DNA from: Candidatus Binatia bacterium | Lineage (GTDB): Bacteria; Desulfobacterota; Binatia; HRBIN30 | Assembly (NCBI GenBank): GCA_038245295.1 | Contig: JBBRSP010000002.1 | Location: 256,001 to 320,000 of the forward strand | DNA length: 64,000 nt | Reading direction: 5' to 3' | Shown here: positions 31,389 to 41,201 of the stretch, one piece after another | How positions within the stretch are numbered: position 1 is the first letter of the stretch | How the letters are laid out: every line of letters begins with the position of its first letter | Notes under the pieces: generated by a model | What the model was told of the DNA's origin: nothing | Databases searched by the model: none | What the model saw: only the letters and a program-made list of their open reading frames with translations | Program-made: the position numbers and the translations under genes

Positions 31389-31712
31389 TTAGTGCGTGAT
31401 GCGGGGAATATCTGTCGCTTCCTGGATTGGCCCGAAGGTGGCCTCGTAACGCGCCAGATTTTCCTCGATGGCCTTGATGATGCGCCGCATGTGCTCGGGC
31501 GAAGTGATGACGCGCGAGCGCAGGTTGGCAACTCCCTCACCCTGGGGCGTGCGCTGTGGCTGCAAGAACAGGAAGTCGAGGATGAACTCTTCCTTGCGGT
31601 GGCTGATCATCATGAAGTTCGAATAGACGCCGCTGGCGTGCTGCGGATCGATCTGAATCTGAAAGTGATGTTGATGCGGTGCCGGTTGCCCGGGCTTATC
31701 GTCATCGGCCAT
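31389..31712 (-). CDS. DUF3467 family protein
   Basis: GVYSN..ISH..EEFILDF...SRVITSP.H...YEATFG.I; AGGAGG RBS. Confidence 0.85.
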   Translation of the reverse strand: MADDDKPGQPAPHQHHFQIQIDPQHASGVYSNFMMISHRKEEFILDFLFLQPQRTPQGEGVANLRSRVITSPEHMRRIIKAIEENLARYEATFGPIQEATDIPRITH

Positions 31713-31743
31713 GTTGTCCTCCTGACGTGTCTCTCTTCGCGGT

Positions 31744-32469
31744 TCATGTCTCGGCGCGCAAGGATCTTGCCCACTTCGCCGCCACCGCGGCGATCTCGTC
31801 CCACACCTCGGGACGCGAACGCTTCAGCGATTTGAGAACATCAAACGAGTGATCGCCGCCCTCAATGATGTGCAACTGCGCCAGACCGGGTCGCCGTTTG
31901 TCGATGACCCGTAATGTTTCCTGCAGCAGATCGAGCTGACACAACGAATCGCGGGTGCCGGCGACGAACAGCATTGGTACGTTGATCGTTTCGAGATGTT
32001 CGCGGCGCAGCTGTTCCGGTCGACCGGCGGGGTGCAGCGGGTAACCCAACAGCAGCAAGCCGGCAATGTCGGCGCCTTCGGCGGCCAGATGCGACGCCAT
32101 GCGTCCACCCATCGATTTACCACCGATGATGATCGGCATCCCGACGCGTGGCAGCTTGCGCCGCACGTCTTCGAGAACGGCGCGATAACAAGTCAGCAAG
32201 GCTTTGGCCGGATCCGGCGCTTTGCCGCCCTTCTCTTTGTAGAGGAAGTTGAACTTGACGCACAAATTTCCGGCGGCCGCCAAGCGCTCGTGCATGGCGC
32301 ACACGAAGTCGGAATGCATGTCGTTTCCGGCGCCATGGGCCAGAATGATCGCCGCAGCCGGAGCAACGCCAATCGGCGAGGCAACGACCGCACTTACCGT
32401 TTTGTCATTGCCGACGAGGATGCGGCGGGTTTCGAACGTTACGCGCGAGGCTGGTTGCGTCTCAGGCAT
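31744..32469 (-). CDS. Alpha/beta hydrolase
   Basis: [30 protein letters not shown]. Confidence 0.9.
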   Translation of the reverse strand: MPETQPASRVTFETRRILVGNDKTVSAVVASPIGVAPAAAIILAHGAGNDMHSDFVCAMHERLAAAGNLCVKFNFLYKEKGGKAPDPAKALLTCYRAVLEDVRRKLPRVGMPIIIGGKSMGGRMASHLAAEGADIAGLLLLGYPLHPAGRPEQLRREHLETINVPMLFVAGTRDSLCQLDLLQETLRVIDKRRPGLAQLHIIEGGDHSFDVLKSLKRSRPEVWDEIAAVAAKWARSLRAET

Positions 32470-33031
32470 TTTCCGGTGGCAGGCTCTTCTTTACCCCGGT
32501 GATCTTGCACTCGCCGTCCAGAAACGCACCTTCGCGCACCACCAGGACGGCGGCCTCAATCCGACCGCGCACCTTGGCGCCGGCGGCGATCTCGGCGTGT
32601 TCTGCAACGGTGATCTCGCCGTCGACCTCACCCAGCACGATCAGCTTTTGGGCCCGCACAGCGCCGTCGACATGTGCCTCTTCACCAATCACCAGCAGAT
32701 CGTTGGCGCGTACCTCGCCCTTCAGTTTCCCGTCGATGCGCGTCGGTGAGTTGAAGCTCAGCTTGCCGGTGACGGAGGTGTCCTTGCTGAGCGAGGACCG
32801 CAGCGTTTGCACCGCGGCCAAGACCTCGCTGCTCAACGACGCGGCCGGGGCCGCCGATGCGGCGGGTGGGGTTGGCGCCGGCGGTGGCGGCGCGGCCGCC
32901 GCCTTCGGAGGATCCTTCTGGGCATTCTTGGCATTGCCGTTGCCCGCGTTTGCCTCTTTTTTCGTATCCTTCGCCGGCTCCGGCGTGGCAGCGGGGGCAT
33001 CCTTCGGTTGATTCCAAAAAGCCATCGTCAC
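32462..33031 (-). CDS. Bactofilin (polymer-forming cytoskeletal protein)
   Basis: Pro/Ala-rich N-terminus, then RIDGKLKGEV...GEVDGEI...EGAFLDGEC. Confidence 0.88.
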   Translation of the reverse strand: MTMAFWNQPKDAPAATPEPAKDTKKEANAGNGNAKNAQKDPPKAAAAPPPPAPTPPAASAAPAASLSSEVLAAVQTLRSSLSKDTSVTGKLSFNSPTRIDGKLKGEVRANDLLVIGEEAHVDGAVRAQKLIVLGEVDGEITVAEHAEIAAGAKVRGRIEAAVLVVREGAFLDGECKITGVKKSLPPENA

Positions 33032-33049
33032 TCCTCTCGTTGCGGCACT

Positions 33050-34012
33050 CTACGCGGGAAATACATGACAAGCCACGGCGTGGCCGGCAACCGTTTCGAG
33101 CTTGGGTTCCTCGATACGGCAACGCTCCTCGGCAAACGGGCAGCGCGGGTGAAAGCGGCAACCACTCGGCGGGTGGATCGGACTCGGGACATCGCCGGGC
33201 AGCAGCATGCGCTCGCGTTTGGCTTTCGGGTCGGGCACCGGCACGGCCGATAGCAGGGCACGGGTGTAGGGATGCCGTGGGTTGCGGTACAACTCGACGC
33301 TTTCGGCAAGTTCGACGATCTTGCCGAGATACATGATGGCGACACGGTGGCTGATGTGTTCGACGACGCGCAGATCGTGGGCGATGAACACGTAGGTCAG
33401 GCCCATCTGTTCCTGCAGGTCCTGCAGAAGGTTGATGATCTGCGCCTGGATCGACACGTCGAGCGCCGATACCGGTTCGTCGGCCACGATCAACTTCGGC
33501 TCGACGGCGAGGGCACGGGCGATGCCGATGCGTTGCCGCTGTCCGCCGCTGAACTCGTGCGGGAATCGATCGTAGGCATCGCGCCGCAGGCCGACGCGAT
33601 CGAGCAGCTCGAGAATGCGGCGCTTCTTCTCGTCGCCGCGCGCCAGATCGTGCACCTCGATTCCTTCGGCGACGATCGAGCGCACCCGCATGCGTGGATT
33701 CAGCGAACCATACGGGTCCTGGAAGATGATCTGCATGTCGCGGCGCTTGTGACGTAAGGCGTTGCCGCGCAGCCCGGAAAGATCCTGGCCTTCAAAGAAG
33801 ACCGCCCCCGCCGTGGGCTCGAGCAGTCTCAACAACAAGCGACCGAGCGTCGATTTGCCGCACCCAGACTCGCCGACGACACCGAGCGTTTCACCGGGCC
33901 GGACGCTCAGGCTGACCCCGTCGACGGCGTGCACCACTTCGCGCGATGCCAACCACCCTCGTTGCACGGGGAAGTGTTTCGTCAGATCGCGGGCTTCGAT
34001 CAGGGCACTCAT
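33050..34012 (-). CDS. oppF: Oligopeptide/dipeptide ABC transporter ATP-binding subunit (OppF/DppF)
   Basis: [37 protein letters not shown]. Confidence 0.9.
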   Translation of the reverse strand: MSALIEARDLTKHFPVQRGWLASREVVHAVDGVSLSVRPGETLGVVGESGCGKSTLGRLLLRLLEPTAGAVFFEGQDLSGLRGNALRHKRRDMQIIFQDPYGSLNPRMRVRSIVAEGIEVHDLARGDEKKRRILELLDRVGLRRDAYDRFPHEFSGGQRQRIGIARALAVEPKLIVADEPVSALDVSIQAQIINLLQDLQEQMGLTYVFIAHDLRVVEHISHRVAIMYLGKIVELAESVELYRNPRHPYTRALLSAVPVPDPKAKRERMLLPGDVPSPIHPPSGCRFHPRCPFAEERCRIEEPKLETVAGHAVACHVFPA

Positions 34013-34980
34013 GCCGTCTCCCCAACCCGGATGCAGGCGGCGGCGTGAGCTTCGCCATACGTCAACAACGCCGGATCGGTGGTTGCACACGCCTCGATGG
34101 CATCACTGCAGCGATCACGAAAATGGCACCCCGACGGCAGATGTAACAGATCGGGGACGAGTCCCTGGATGGCCTCGAGGCGACGCGTCTTGGCGGCACC
34201 GACATGCGGAATCGAGCGCAACAGGCCACGCGTGTAGGGGTGCAACGGGCGCGCGAAGAGGTCTTCGACGCGGGCCTGCTCGACGATGCGGCCGGCATAC
34301 ATGACGGCGACATCATCGGCACGCTCGGCGACGACGCCGAGATCGTGGGTAACGAGAAGCATTCCCATCCCGAGGCGCTTCTGCAGCGAACCCAGCAGGT
34401 CGAGGATCTGCGCCTGAATGGTCACGTCGAGGGCGGTCGTCGGTTCGTCGGCGATCAGCAAGCGCGGATTGCAAGCCAGCGCCATGGCGATCATGACACG
34501 CTGGCGCATGCCGCCACTCAGTTGATGCGGGTAAGCGTCGACGCGCTCCTCGGGCTCGGAGATCTCGACCAGCTTCAGCAGCTCGATCGAGCGCACCCGG
34601 GCGGCATGACGATCGAGACCCTGGTGCTGTCGCAATCCTTCACCGACCTGAAAGCCGACCGTGAAAACCGGGTTCAGCGAGCTCATCGGCTCCTGGAAAA
34701 TCATCGCGATCGAGTTGCCGCGGACGCGCCGCATTTCACCCTCGCTAAGCTGACCCAGGGATTTGCCGTCGAAGCAGATCTCGCCCGCCGTGATGCGACC
34801 GGTAGGCGGCAGCAAGCGTAGAATCGACAGGGCAGTCATCGTCTTGCCGCATCCCGACTCGCCGACCAGCCCCAACGTGCGCCCGGCATCGATCGAAAAG
34901 CTCACGCCATCGACGGCCCGCGCCTCGCCGCGCGATGTGAAGAAGCTGGTGTGCAGATCACGCACCTCGAGAAGCGCCAC
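34009..34980 (-). CDS. oppD: Oligopeptide/dipeptide ABC transporter ATP-binding subunit (OppD/DppD)
   Basis: [35 protein letters not shown] start. Confidence 0.9.
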   Translation of the reverse strand: MALLEVRDLHTSFFTSRGEARAVDGVSFSIDAGRTLGLVGESGCGKTMTALSILRLLPPTGRITAGEICFDGKSLGQLSEGEMRRVRGNSIAMIFQEPMSSLNPVFTVGFQVGEGLRQHQGLDRHAARVRSIELLKLVEISEPEERVDAYPHQLSGGMRQRVMIAMALACNPRLLIADEPTTALDVTIQAQILDLLGSLQKRLGMGMLLVTHDLGVVAERADDVAVMYAGRIVEQARVEDLFARPLHPYTRGLLRSIPHVGAAKTRRLEAIQGLVPDLLHLPSGCHFRDRCSDAIEACATTDPALLTYGEAHAAACIRVGETA

Positions 34981-35102
34981 GCCGCGCTGTCTAGCAACAG
35001 CCGGCGCCAATTGGGAGAGACCTCTCGGTCCAGGGGCCCGTGGGTAGCCTGTTACGGTGTTAGGCTGTTGGGAGTAAACCCTGTGCGGTGGACAGCGCGC
35101 TC

Positions 35103-35157
35103 TCCCTCTCCCGCCTCGGATGGATCTATGGATGGCGGGAGAGGGTCGGGGAGAGGG
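35103..35157. repeat. CCCTCTCCC...GGGAGAGGG..GGGGAGAGGG palindromic repeat
   Basis: tccctctcccgcc..ggcgggagagggtcggggagaggg; same family at 40935-41080. Confidence 0.75.
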
Positions 35158-35222
35158 TTCGCACGTTTCCACGTTGGTCGACCCAGGCTGGGACGATGCG
35201 GCGCCGTGATGTAGGGAGGCGC

Positions 35223-36587
35223 ATGGCCATCGCATCGATCAATCCGTTCGACGGAAAAGTTCTCAAACGCTTCCGACCCGACAGCCGTGCCGTCGTCGAC
35301 GCGAAATTATCGCGCGCCGCGCGTGCGTTCGGTGTGTGGAGCAAGACGCCGCTGGTGAAGCGGGCGCAGTTGTTGCGGCGCACCGCCGGATTGCTGCGCC
35401 AGCGCAAGGCAACATATGCGCGCCTCATCTCTCTCGAAATGGGCAAGCCGATCACGCAGGCCGAAGCGGAGATCGATAAGTGTGCGCTGGTGTGTGAGTA
35501 CTATGCCGACAATGCGGCGGCGATGATTGCCCCGGAGATGGTCGCCACGGAAGCGCAGCGCAGTTATGTGCGCGTCGATCCGCTCGGGCCGGTGCTCGCG
35601 GTGATGCCGTGGAATTTCCCCTTCTGGCAAGTATTCCGCTTCGCCGCGCCGGCGTTGATGGCGGGCAACGTTGGGTTGCTGAAACACGCCTCCAACGTGC
35701 CGCAGTCGGCGCTGGCGATCGCCGAAGTCCTGCACGATGCCGGGGCGCCGAGCGGCGTGTTCCAGACGCTGCTCATCGAATCGGGCGGCGTGGCTCGGGT
35801 GATCGAAGACCCGCGCATCGTTGCGGTTACCCTGACCGGCAGCGAGCCGGCCGGTCGCCAGGTGGCGGCCACCGCCGGTGGTGTGCTCAAGAAAACGATC
35901 CTCGAGCTTGGCGGTTCCGATCCGTTCATCGTCTTGCGCGACGCCGATCTCGACAAATCCAGCAGCGCTGCGGCGCAAGCGCGCACCGTCAACTCGGGGC
36001 AAAGCTGCATCGCCGCCAAGCGTTTCATCATCGAAGCGGCGGTCGTCGCGAAGTTCACCGAGCGTTTCGTCGTCGCCATGCGCAACCTGCGGCTGGGTGA
36101 TCCGCTGAACCCCGATACCAACGTCGGGCCTCTGGCGCGCCCGGATCTCGTCACCGATCTCCACAAGCAAGTGCTGGGCTCGTTGCGCCGCGGCGCCAAG
36201 CTGCTTCTCGGCGGTAAGCCGGGGCGTGGTGCCGGCAATTTCTACGCGCCTACTGTTCTAGCCGATGTGCGCCCCGGCATGCCGGCATTCGACGAGGAAC
36301 TGTTCGGACCGGTGGCGGCGATCATCGTCGCCAAGGACGCCGACGATGCGGTGCATCTTGCCAACAAGTCGTCGTTCGGCCTCGGTGCCAGCATCTGGTC
36401 GAAGAACACCGCCGCCGCGGAGAAGTTGGCGGCGCGCCTCGAAGCCGGCGCCGTGCACATCAACGACATCGTCAAATCAGATCCGCGTTTACCCTTCGGC
36501 GGCATCAAACGTTCCGGCTATGGCCGCGAGCTCGGCGCCTTAGGGCTGCGGGAGTTCTGCAACATCAAATCGGTGGTGGTGAAGTGA
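35223..36587 (+). CDS. NAD(P)-dependent succinate-semialdehyde dehydrogenase family ALDH
   Basis: [48 protein letters not shown]. Confidence 0.92.
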   Translation: MAIASINPFDGKVLKRFRPDSRAVVDAKLSRAARAFGVWSKTPLVKRAQLLRRTAGLLRQRKATYARLISLEMGKPITQAEAEIDKCALVCEYYADNAAAMIAPEMVATEAQRSYVRVDPLGPVLAVMPWNFPFWQVFRFAAPALMAGNVGLLKHASNVPQSALAIAEVLHDAGAPSGVFQTLLIESGGVARVIEDPRIVAVTLTGSEPAGRQVAATAGGVLKKTILELGGSDPFIVLRDADLDKSSSAAAQARTVNSGQSCIAAKRFIIEAAVVAKFTERFVVAMRNLRLGDPLNPDTNVGPLARPDLVTDLHKQVLGSLRRGAKLLLGGKPGRGAGNFYAPTVLADVRPGMPAFDEELFGPVAAIIVAKDADDAVHLANKSSFGLGASIWSKNTAAAEKLAARLEAGAVHINDIVKSDPRLPFGGIKRSGYGRELGALGLREFCNIKSVVVK

Positions 36588-36602
36588 TCCCGCTTGGGGG
36601 AA

Positions 36603-36752
36603 TAACAGGAAGGACCCACCTGCGCTGAGGCTTCGGAGGGCAGGCAGGATAGACAGGATGGAATGCGCGAAGTCTGGTTTCGTAGATTCAAGACTCGCGA
36701 ACGCGTAGACATTTTGAAAACGCTCATCCTGTGCATCCTGTCCATCCTGTTA
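36603..36752. repeat. Inverted element of ACAGGAT 9-mers, copy 1 (with 30-bp insert)
   Basis: taacaggaagga[30 bp]caggatagacaggat ... atcctgtgcatcctgtccatcctgtta. Confidence 0.75.
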
Positions 36753-36815
36753 AAACCCAAAGCAGCCGCGACAGCTGATGACGCAACCGAGCGGATTGTG
36801 TTAGAGACGCGCGCG

Positions 36816-38051
36816 ATGGCGACCGCGGTGAAGAAAACGATGCACACGGTCGAGGTGTTCGACGAGAAGCAGTTCTATCTCGACGAGTTCCGCAATCACA
36901 CGTTGCTCTTTTCGATTCCCGATCGCGAGCTGGTGCGCGAGGAGGCGCTGGTGCAGTTCGCCGCCATCGTGCGCGACCTTCTGCTCAACGATTCGCGCGT
37001 CATTGTGCTCATAGGCATCGCCGATCCGCAGCACGGCGAGCAGGTGATGCGGCGTTTGCAGCGGCGCCTCAGCCCGTTGATTTTTCGCGACGACACGACC
37101 CCGCTATTTGCGCCGGGTCGGACGCGCAATGCGGTGTTCGTCGCTTTGCCTCCGGACGTTTCGTCCCCGGGCGCCCTGAGCGGCGTTCTGTCGACCATTT
37201 GGAATGTGTTGCGGCGTGGTCCGCTCTTCGTCGGCACGTTGCCGGGAGCCGAGTTGGCGGGCATCAGTGCCCTGGCGCGCGACGTCGCGGCGCACTTGCG
37301 GGTTCACAAGTGGATTCTCGTCGAGCCCTCCGGCGGATTCGCCGGGACGGACGGTAATCCGATCTCGTTTCTCGACCAATCGTTGATGAACGCGCTGCTC
37401 AGCGCCGGTGAGGCCGAGTTCCATGGGCTCGCGGCGCGCCGCACGACGCTGGAAAATGTACGCCAGGCTTTGGAGGGTGGCGTCGCCTCGGTCAACGTCT
37501 GCTCGCTCGCCGGCGCGGCGCACGAGCTGTTCACGTACAATGGTTCGGGGACGCTGTTCACCCTCGCCGACTATTGCACCGTGCAGCGGCTCGGCATCGA
37601 CGACTTCGAAGAAGTCGAACGGCTCATCGAACGCGGTCAGCGCGAAGGCTTGCTGAAGATCCGCTCACAGGCGGAGATCACCGAGCTGCTGCTGCATGGC
37701 TACGGCGCCAATATCGGCCCGCATCACCTCGCCGGCGTCTGCGCCCTCACCACGGAGCCCTACCAGAGCGACAATGCCGGCGAGGTTGTCGGCCTCTACA
37801 CGATCACACGCTTCAAGGGTGAGGGTATCGGTACACGTCTGATTGCGCGTCTGCTGGCCGATGCGCGCCAGCGCGATCTGGACTACGTGTTTGCGGCGAC
37901 GACGGAGGAAAAGGCCGGGCTATTCTTCGAGCGCGAAGGATTCCACCGTGTCGACCACGCGCAGACTCCGGCCGCCAAATGGCAAGGCTACGAGACGGAT
38001 CGCAAGTCGCGCGTTGCGACCTATCGCCATGAGCTGCGGAGCAACGGATGA
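36816..38051 (+). CDS. ArgA-like protein (divergent amino-acid-kinase domain + GNAT)
   Basis: FYLDEFR..T, ELFTYNGSGTL, FKGEGIG acetyl-CoA motif; start uncertain (36816 or 36840). Confidence 0.7.
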   Translation: MATAVKKTMHTVEVFDEKQFYLDEFRNHTLLFSIPDRELVREEALVQFAAIVRDLLLNDSRVIVLIGIADPQHGEQVMRRLQRRLSPLIFRDDTTPLFAPGRTRNAVFVALPPDVSSPGALSGVLSTIWNVLRRGPLFVGTLPGAELAGISALARDVAAHLRVHKWILVEPSGGFAGTDGNPISFLDQSLMNALLSAGEAEFHGLAARRTTLENVRQALEGGVASVNVCSLAGAAHELFTYNGSGTLFTLADYCTVQRLGIDDFEEVERLIERGQREGLLKIRSQAEITELLLHGYGANIGPHHLAGVCALTTEPYQSDNAGEVVGLYTITRFKGEGIGTRLIARLLADARQRDLDYVFAATTEEKAGLFFEREGFHRVDHAQTPAAKWQGYETDRKSRVATYRHELRSNG

Positions 38052-38860
38052 TCGTTGGAATTGATATTGGCGGTTCGACCACCGACGCGGTCGTGTTGGA
38101 CGGAACCATTCACGTCGTCAGTGTCGAAGCCAGTGATCCGATCGCCGCGGCGGCCGGCGCTCTCGGTAAACTGATCAACGATATGCACTGCCGCTTGAGC
38201 GATCTGACGGCCATCGCCGCTTCCGGCGGCGGCTCACGCCTGCTCGGCGATGAGCTGCTCGGTATACCCGTGCACAAGGTCTCGGAGATCGATGCCATCG
38301 GCATCGGCGGGTCGACGTTGGCCGAACGTACCGAGGCTCTGGTCGTCTCGCTCGGTACTGGTACGGCGATGGTGGCGGTGCACGGTGATCATATCGTCCA
38401 TGTCGGCGGCACCGGAGTCGGCGGCGGCACCTTGCTCGGGCTGGCCAAACACATGCTCGGTGTGTCGCGTATCGAGACGATCGAGCAGTTAGCGGCGCGT
38501 GGGGAGTTGTCGCGCATCGATCTGACGGTGGGTGATATTGCAGGCGGGCCTGTCGGCCAGCTTCCGGCCACCGCGACGGCAAGCAATTTCGGCAAGCTCT
38601 CGACCGACGCCACGCCGGAAGACAAAGCGCGCTCGCTGGTCAACATGATCGCCGAGGTCATCGCTTCGCTGAGTGTCACGGCAGCGATGGCGGCGGGTCT
38701 GAAGGACATCGTCCTCACCGGTAAACTGCTGCGCGTCAAGCCGTTCATCGAGCGAATCCAGGCGACGCGCATGTTGTTCGATCGTACCTTCATCGTTCCA
38801 AAACATGCCGAGTTCGCCACGGCGATCGGCGCCGCGCGCAGCTTGCAACGGCAGCTCTGA
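38048..38860 (+). CDS. Type II (Fumble/CoaW-like) pantothenate kinase
   Basis: GIDIGGST, SLGTGT, GGTGVGGGTLLGL, DLTVGDI, ASNFGK, AIGA; ATGA overlap. Confidence 0.85.
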   Translation: MIVGIDIGGSTTDAVVLDGTIHVVSVEASDPIAAAAGALGKLINDMHCRLSDLTAIAASGGGSRLLGDELLGIPVHKVSEIDAIGIGGSTLAERTEALVVSLGTGTAMVAVHGDHIVHVGGTGVGGGTLLGLAKHMLGVSRIETIEQLAARGELSRIDLTVGDIAGGPVGQLPATATASNFGKLSTDATPEDKARSLVNMIAEVIASLSVTAAMAAGLKDIVLTGKLLRVKPFIERIQATRMLFDRTFIVPKHAEFATAIGAARSLQRQL

Positions 38861-38879
38861 AGAGGTCCCGCCTGGGATG

Positions 38880-39004
38880 TTTAACAGGATGGACAGGATA
38901 GACAGGATACGCGGGAGGAACCCGCTCCTGACGGATTCTGGGGCTGGGCCGCATGAGCATGAGGCTGTTCCCGTTCGATCCTGTGCATCCTGTCCATCCC
39001 GTTG
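38880..39004. repeat. Inverted element of ACAGGAT 9-mers, copy 2
   Basis: ttaacaggatggacaggatagacaggat ... atcctgtgcatcctgtccatcccgtt; between convergent genes. Confidence 0.8.
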
Positions 39005-39007
39005 TTT

Positions 39008-39826
39008 TTAGAGTCGATGGACGGCGGCCAATTCGAGTGGGAATGTTTGCACGCTTCGTAAGCGCCGCGCCAGCCGGTACGGGCTCGTCGGCAAGCGATG
39101 ACAATACTCGATGAACCCGGGCAGCGTCGCGAAGGTTGTCTCGGCGGCGGCGAAGTGCGGATCGTTGCGTAAGGTCTGCACTTCGCGCACCGGGGGTGGT
39201 GTGTGTGGATCGACGCGGAAGCGGCGCACGTAGTCGAGCAGGCGGGCGTGATAGTCCGGATCCTCGACAATGGCGCCGATGGTGCGATGACGCGGGTGTG
39301 TGCCGGCAACCATCTCGGCGACCTGACGTTCGAAGTCTTCCAAGCCGTTTGGGAACATTTGGATGAGCTGCAGATCGTAGACCGGGTTGAGATGGACGAC
39401 CTGCATGACATGGCCGACAATGGTGTCGCGCTGTGAAAGAAAGCCGGTCGGGTCGATCATCGATACCGGATCGTCGAGAATGCGCAGCAGCTGGTGCAGA
39501 CCGAAAGAAATTCCCTTCTGCTTGTAGTAGTCACGCGCCGCCGGCTCGATGACGAAGCGCACCATGTCGAGGCCGCCGAAGAAGATCTGCGCTCGCGTTG
39601 GGCGCTCGCGGATGTAACCTTTGAGCTCGAGATTATGCAGGCGGCTGTCGATCGTGCGGAAGTCGAAATATAAACGTAGCGTGTTGGCCAGGCGGCGCAG
39701 CTTGGCGGAAATCTCACGCGGTCCGCCGAGGGCGGTGCGCATGAGGGTCCACGCCGACGCGGTTTGTCGCAGCGTCGGTGGTTCGGTCTGGGTTGAGGTG
39801 GCCCTCTGCATGGGTGGCCGAAGCAT
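39008..39826 (-). CDS. Hypothetical protein
   Basis: 272-aa ORF with globular-protein composition filling the gap between genes; no motif recognised. Confidence 0.7.
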   Translation of the reverse strand: MLRPPMQRATSTQTEPPTLRQTASAWTLMRTALGGPREISAKLRRLANTLRLYFDFRTIDSRLHNLELKGYIRERPTRAQIFFGGLDMVRFVIEPAARDYYKQKGISFGLHQLLRILDDPVSMIDPTGFLSQRDTIVGHVMQVVHLNPVYDLQLIQMFPNGLEDFERQVAEMVAGTHPRHRTIGAIVEDPDYHARLLDYVRRFRVDPHTPPPVREVQTLRNDPHFAAAETTFATLPGFIEYCHRLPTSPYRLARRLRSVQTFPLELAAVHRL

Positions 39827-40005
39827 GCATCAATGGCGGGCCTTGGACAATCGGAGCGCGCGCCCCACAATGGACCGGCGGCGTGAGTGGACTTCACAAA
39901 CGGGCGTCGCGGAGCGACGCGCTCCGGCGGCCTGAGAAAGTTGCGCCGCCGGTTTGATTTTCGCCCTCTCTTCGTTTACGGCGTAGCGAAGAAGAGGAGA
40001 AAACG

Positions 40006-40797
40006 ATGCAAGCAGGGTTGGACTACGAAGATCTCGCCAGCATTGACCACGTCGCCTTGGCCGAGATGGTCGACATTCCCCTTCTGGGGGCCGTCGCGGC
40101 GGGCAAGCCGTACAATGCCTTTGAAGTCGATGAATCGCTGAGTGTGCCGACCAGCCTGTGGGGTGGCAAACAAGTGTTCGCCCTGCGTGTGCGCGGTAGT
40201 TCGATGATCGATGAAGGCATCCACCACGGAGATTTTCTGATTGTCGAGCCGCGTGTTGCGGCCGAGAACGGGCAGACCGTCGTAGCCGAAGTCGACGGCG
40301 GTGTTACGGTCAAGAAATTCTTCCGCGAGGCCGACGGTTCAATCCGCCTGCAGCCGGCCAATCCGGAGATGTTGCCGCTTACTGTGCGTGCCGGATCGAT
40401 TCGCATCATTGGTATCGTGACAGGGGTGTTTCGTAAGTTCGCGCCGCGTCGGGTGGCGAGTCAGGAAGCCGAGCCAGCTCCCGCTGCTCCACCCGTTGTG
40501 GAAGCCAAACAAAGTGAGGAGCCGACACTCGATCTCGAAGTAAACGCGCTCGACAACGAAATCGAACGCTGGAAGGCAGCCATCACACACGCATCGGGCG
40601 ACCGCCACCTCAAAAAGCACGTGCCGCAGATGGCCGAGTTGCAACGCGATCTGCAGGCGCTGCGCGATTGGTGCGCCCGTACGAGCAAGGCAGGTTTGCG
40701 TCGCGCCCTACTGGCTGAAGCCAACAAGGTCATCCGCCGCATGCAACGTTTCGCCACGGTAACGCCGGTGCAGCTGCCGGATTCATTACTGCACTGA
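40006..40797 (+). CDS. LexA/UmuD-type S24 peptidase without N-terminal HTH, with C-terminal helical extension
   Basis: IPLLGAVAAGKP (Ala-Gly site), VRGSSM (Ser), TVKKF (Lys), LQPAN; GAGGAG RBS before ATG 40006. Confidence 0.85.
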   Translation: MQAGLDYEDLASIDHVALAEMVDIPLLGAVAAGKPYNAFEVDESLSVPTSLWGGKQVFALRVRGSSMIDEGIHHGDFLIVEPRVAAENGQTVVAEVDGGVTVKKFFREADGSIRLQPANPEMLPLTVRAGSIRIIGIVTGVFRKFAPRRVASQEAEPAPAAPPVVEAKQSEEPTLDLEVNALDNEIERWKAAITHASGDRHLKKHVPQMAELQRDLQALRDWCARTSKAGLRRALLAEANKVIRRMQRFATVTPVQLPDSLLH

Positions 40798-40799
40798 CG

Positions 40800-40920
40800 T
40801 CGAGACGGCACCCGCAGGCCCACGCAGTCGGTGCCTCCTCAGCAAGAACGGATTTGCAGTAAGACTCCCACACTCCGTTCGGCCTGAGAGCCCGACCGGC
40901 GAAAGCCGGCTTGGCGAGTC
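40800..40920. repeat. Second, degenerate locus of the CGAGACG...CTCCTCAG family
   Basis: tcgagacggc..gcctcctcagcaagaacgg / ccgttcggcctgagag..ccggcgaaagccgg. Confidence 0.6.
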
Positions 40921-40934
40921 CATGAACTAAGGCG

Positions 40935-41080
40935 CCCCCTCTCCCACCTCGAGCGGAATATCAGTGCGTGGGAGATGGTCGGGGTGAGGGCCGGCTCGGC
41001 TTCTGAGTCCGCAGACCCAACCCTCACCCTCACCCTAACCCTCTCCCAGATGTTGCCGGACCGTTTGAGCTGGGAGAGGG
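40935..41080. repeat. Inverted pair of CCCTCTCCC/GGGGTGAGGG repeats
   Basis: ccctctcccac..gtgggagatggtcggggtgaggg ... ccctcaccctaaccctctcccag..ctgggagaggg. Confidence 0.75.
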
Positions 41081-41201
41081 AACCCGTGGCTTCCGCAGGC
41101 AGCTTTTCCAAGCCGAACCAGAATGAGCCCCGGTCAAATCATGTTCATGGGCAGGAGGGGCCCATCTGGAGCGGATTCTGTGCGCCGTCTAGAAGTCCGG
41201 T

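Noticed and set aside
36663..36815. Apparent signal peptide (LILCILSILL) on the ArgA-like ORF
   Set aside because: It is the translation of the ATCCTGT repeat arm, not a real leader.
40006..40797. Calling this gene lexA or umuD
   Set aside because: It has no DNA-binding domain, no adjacent umuC, and an extra C-terminal domain.
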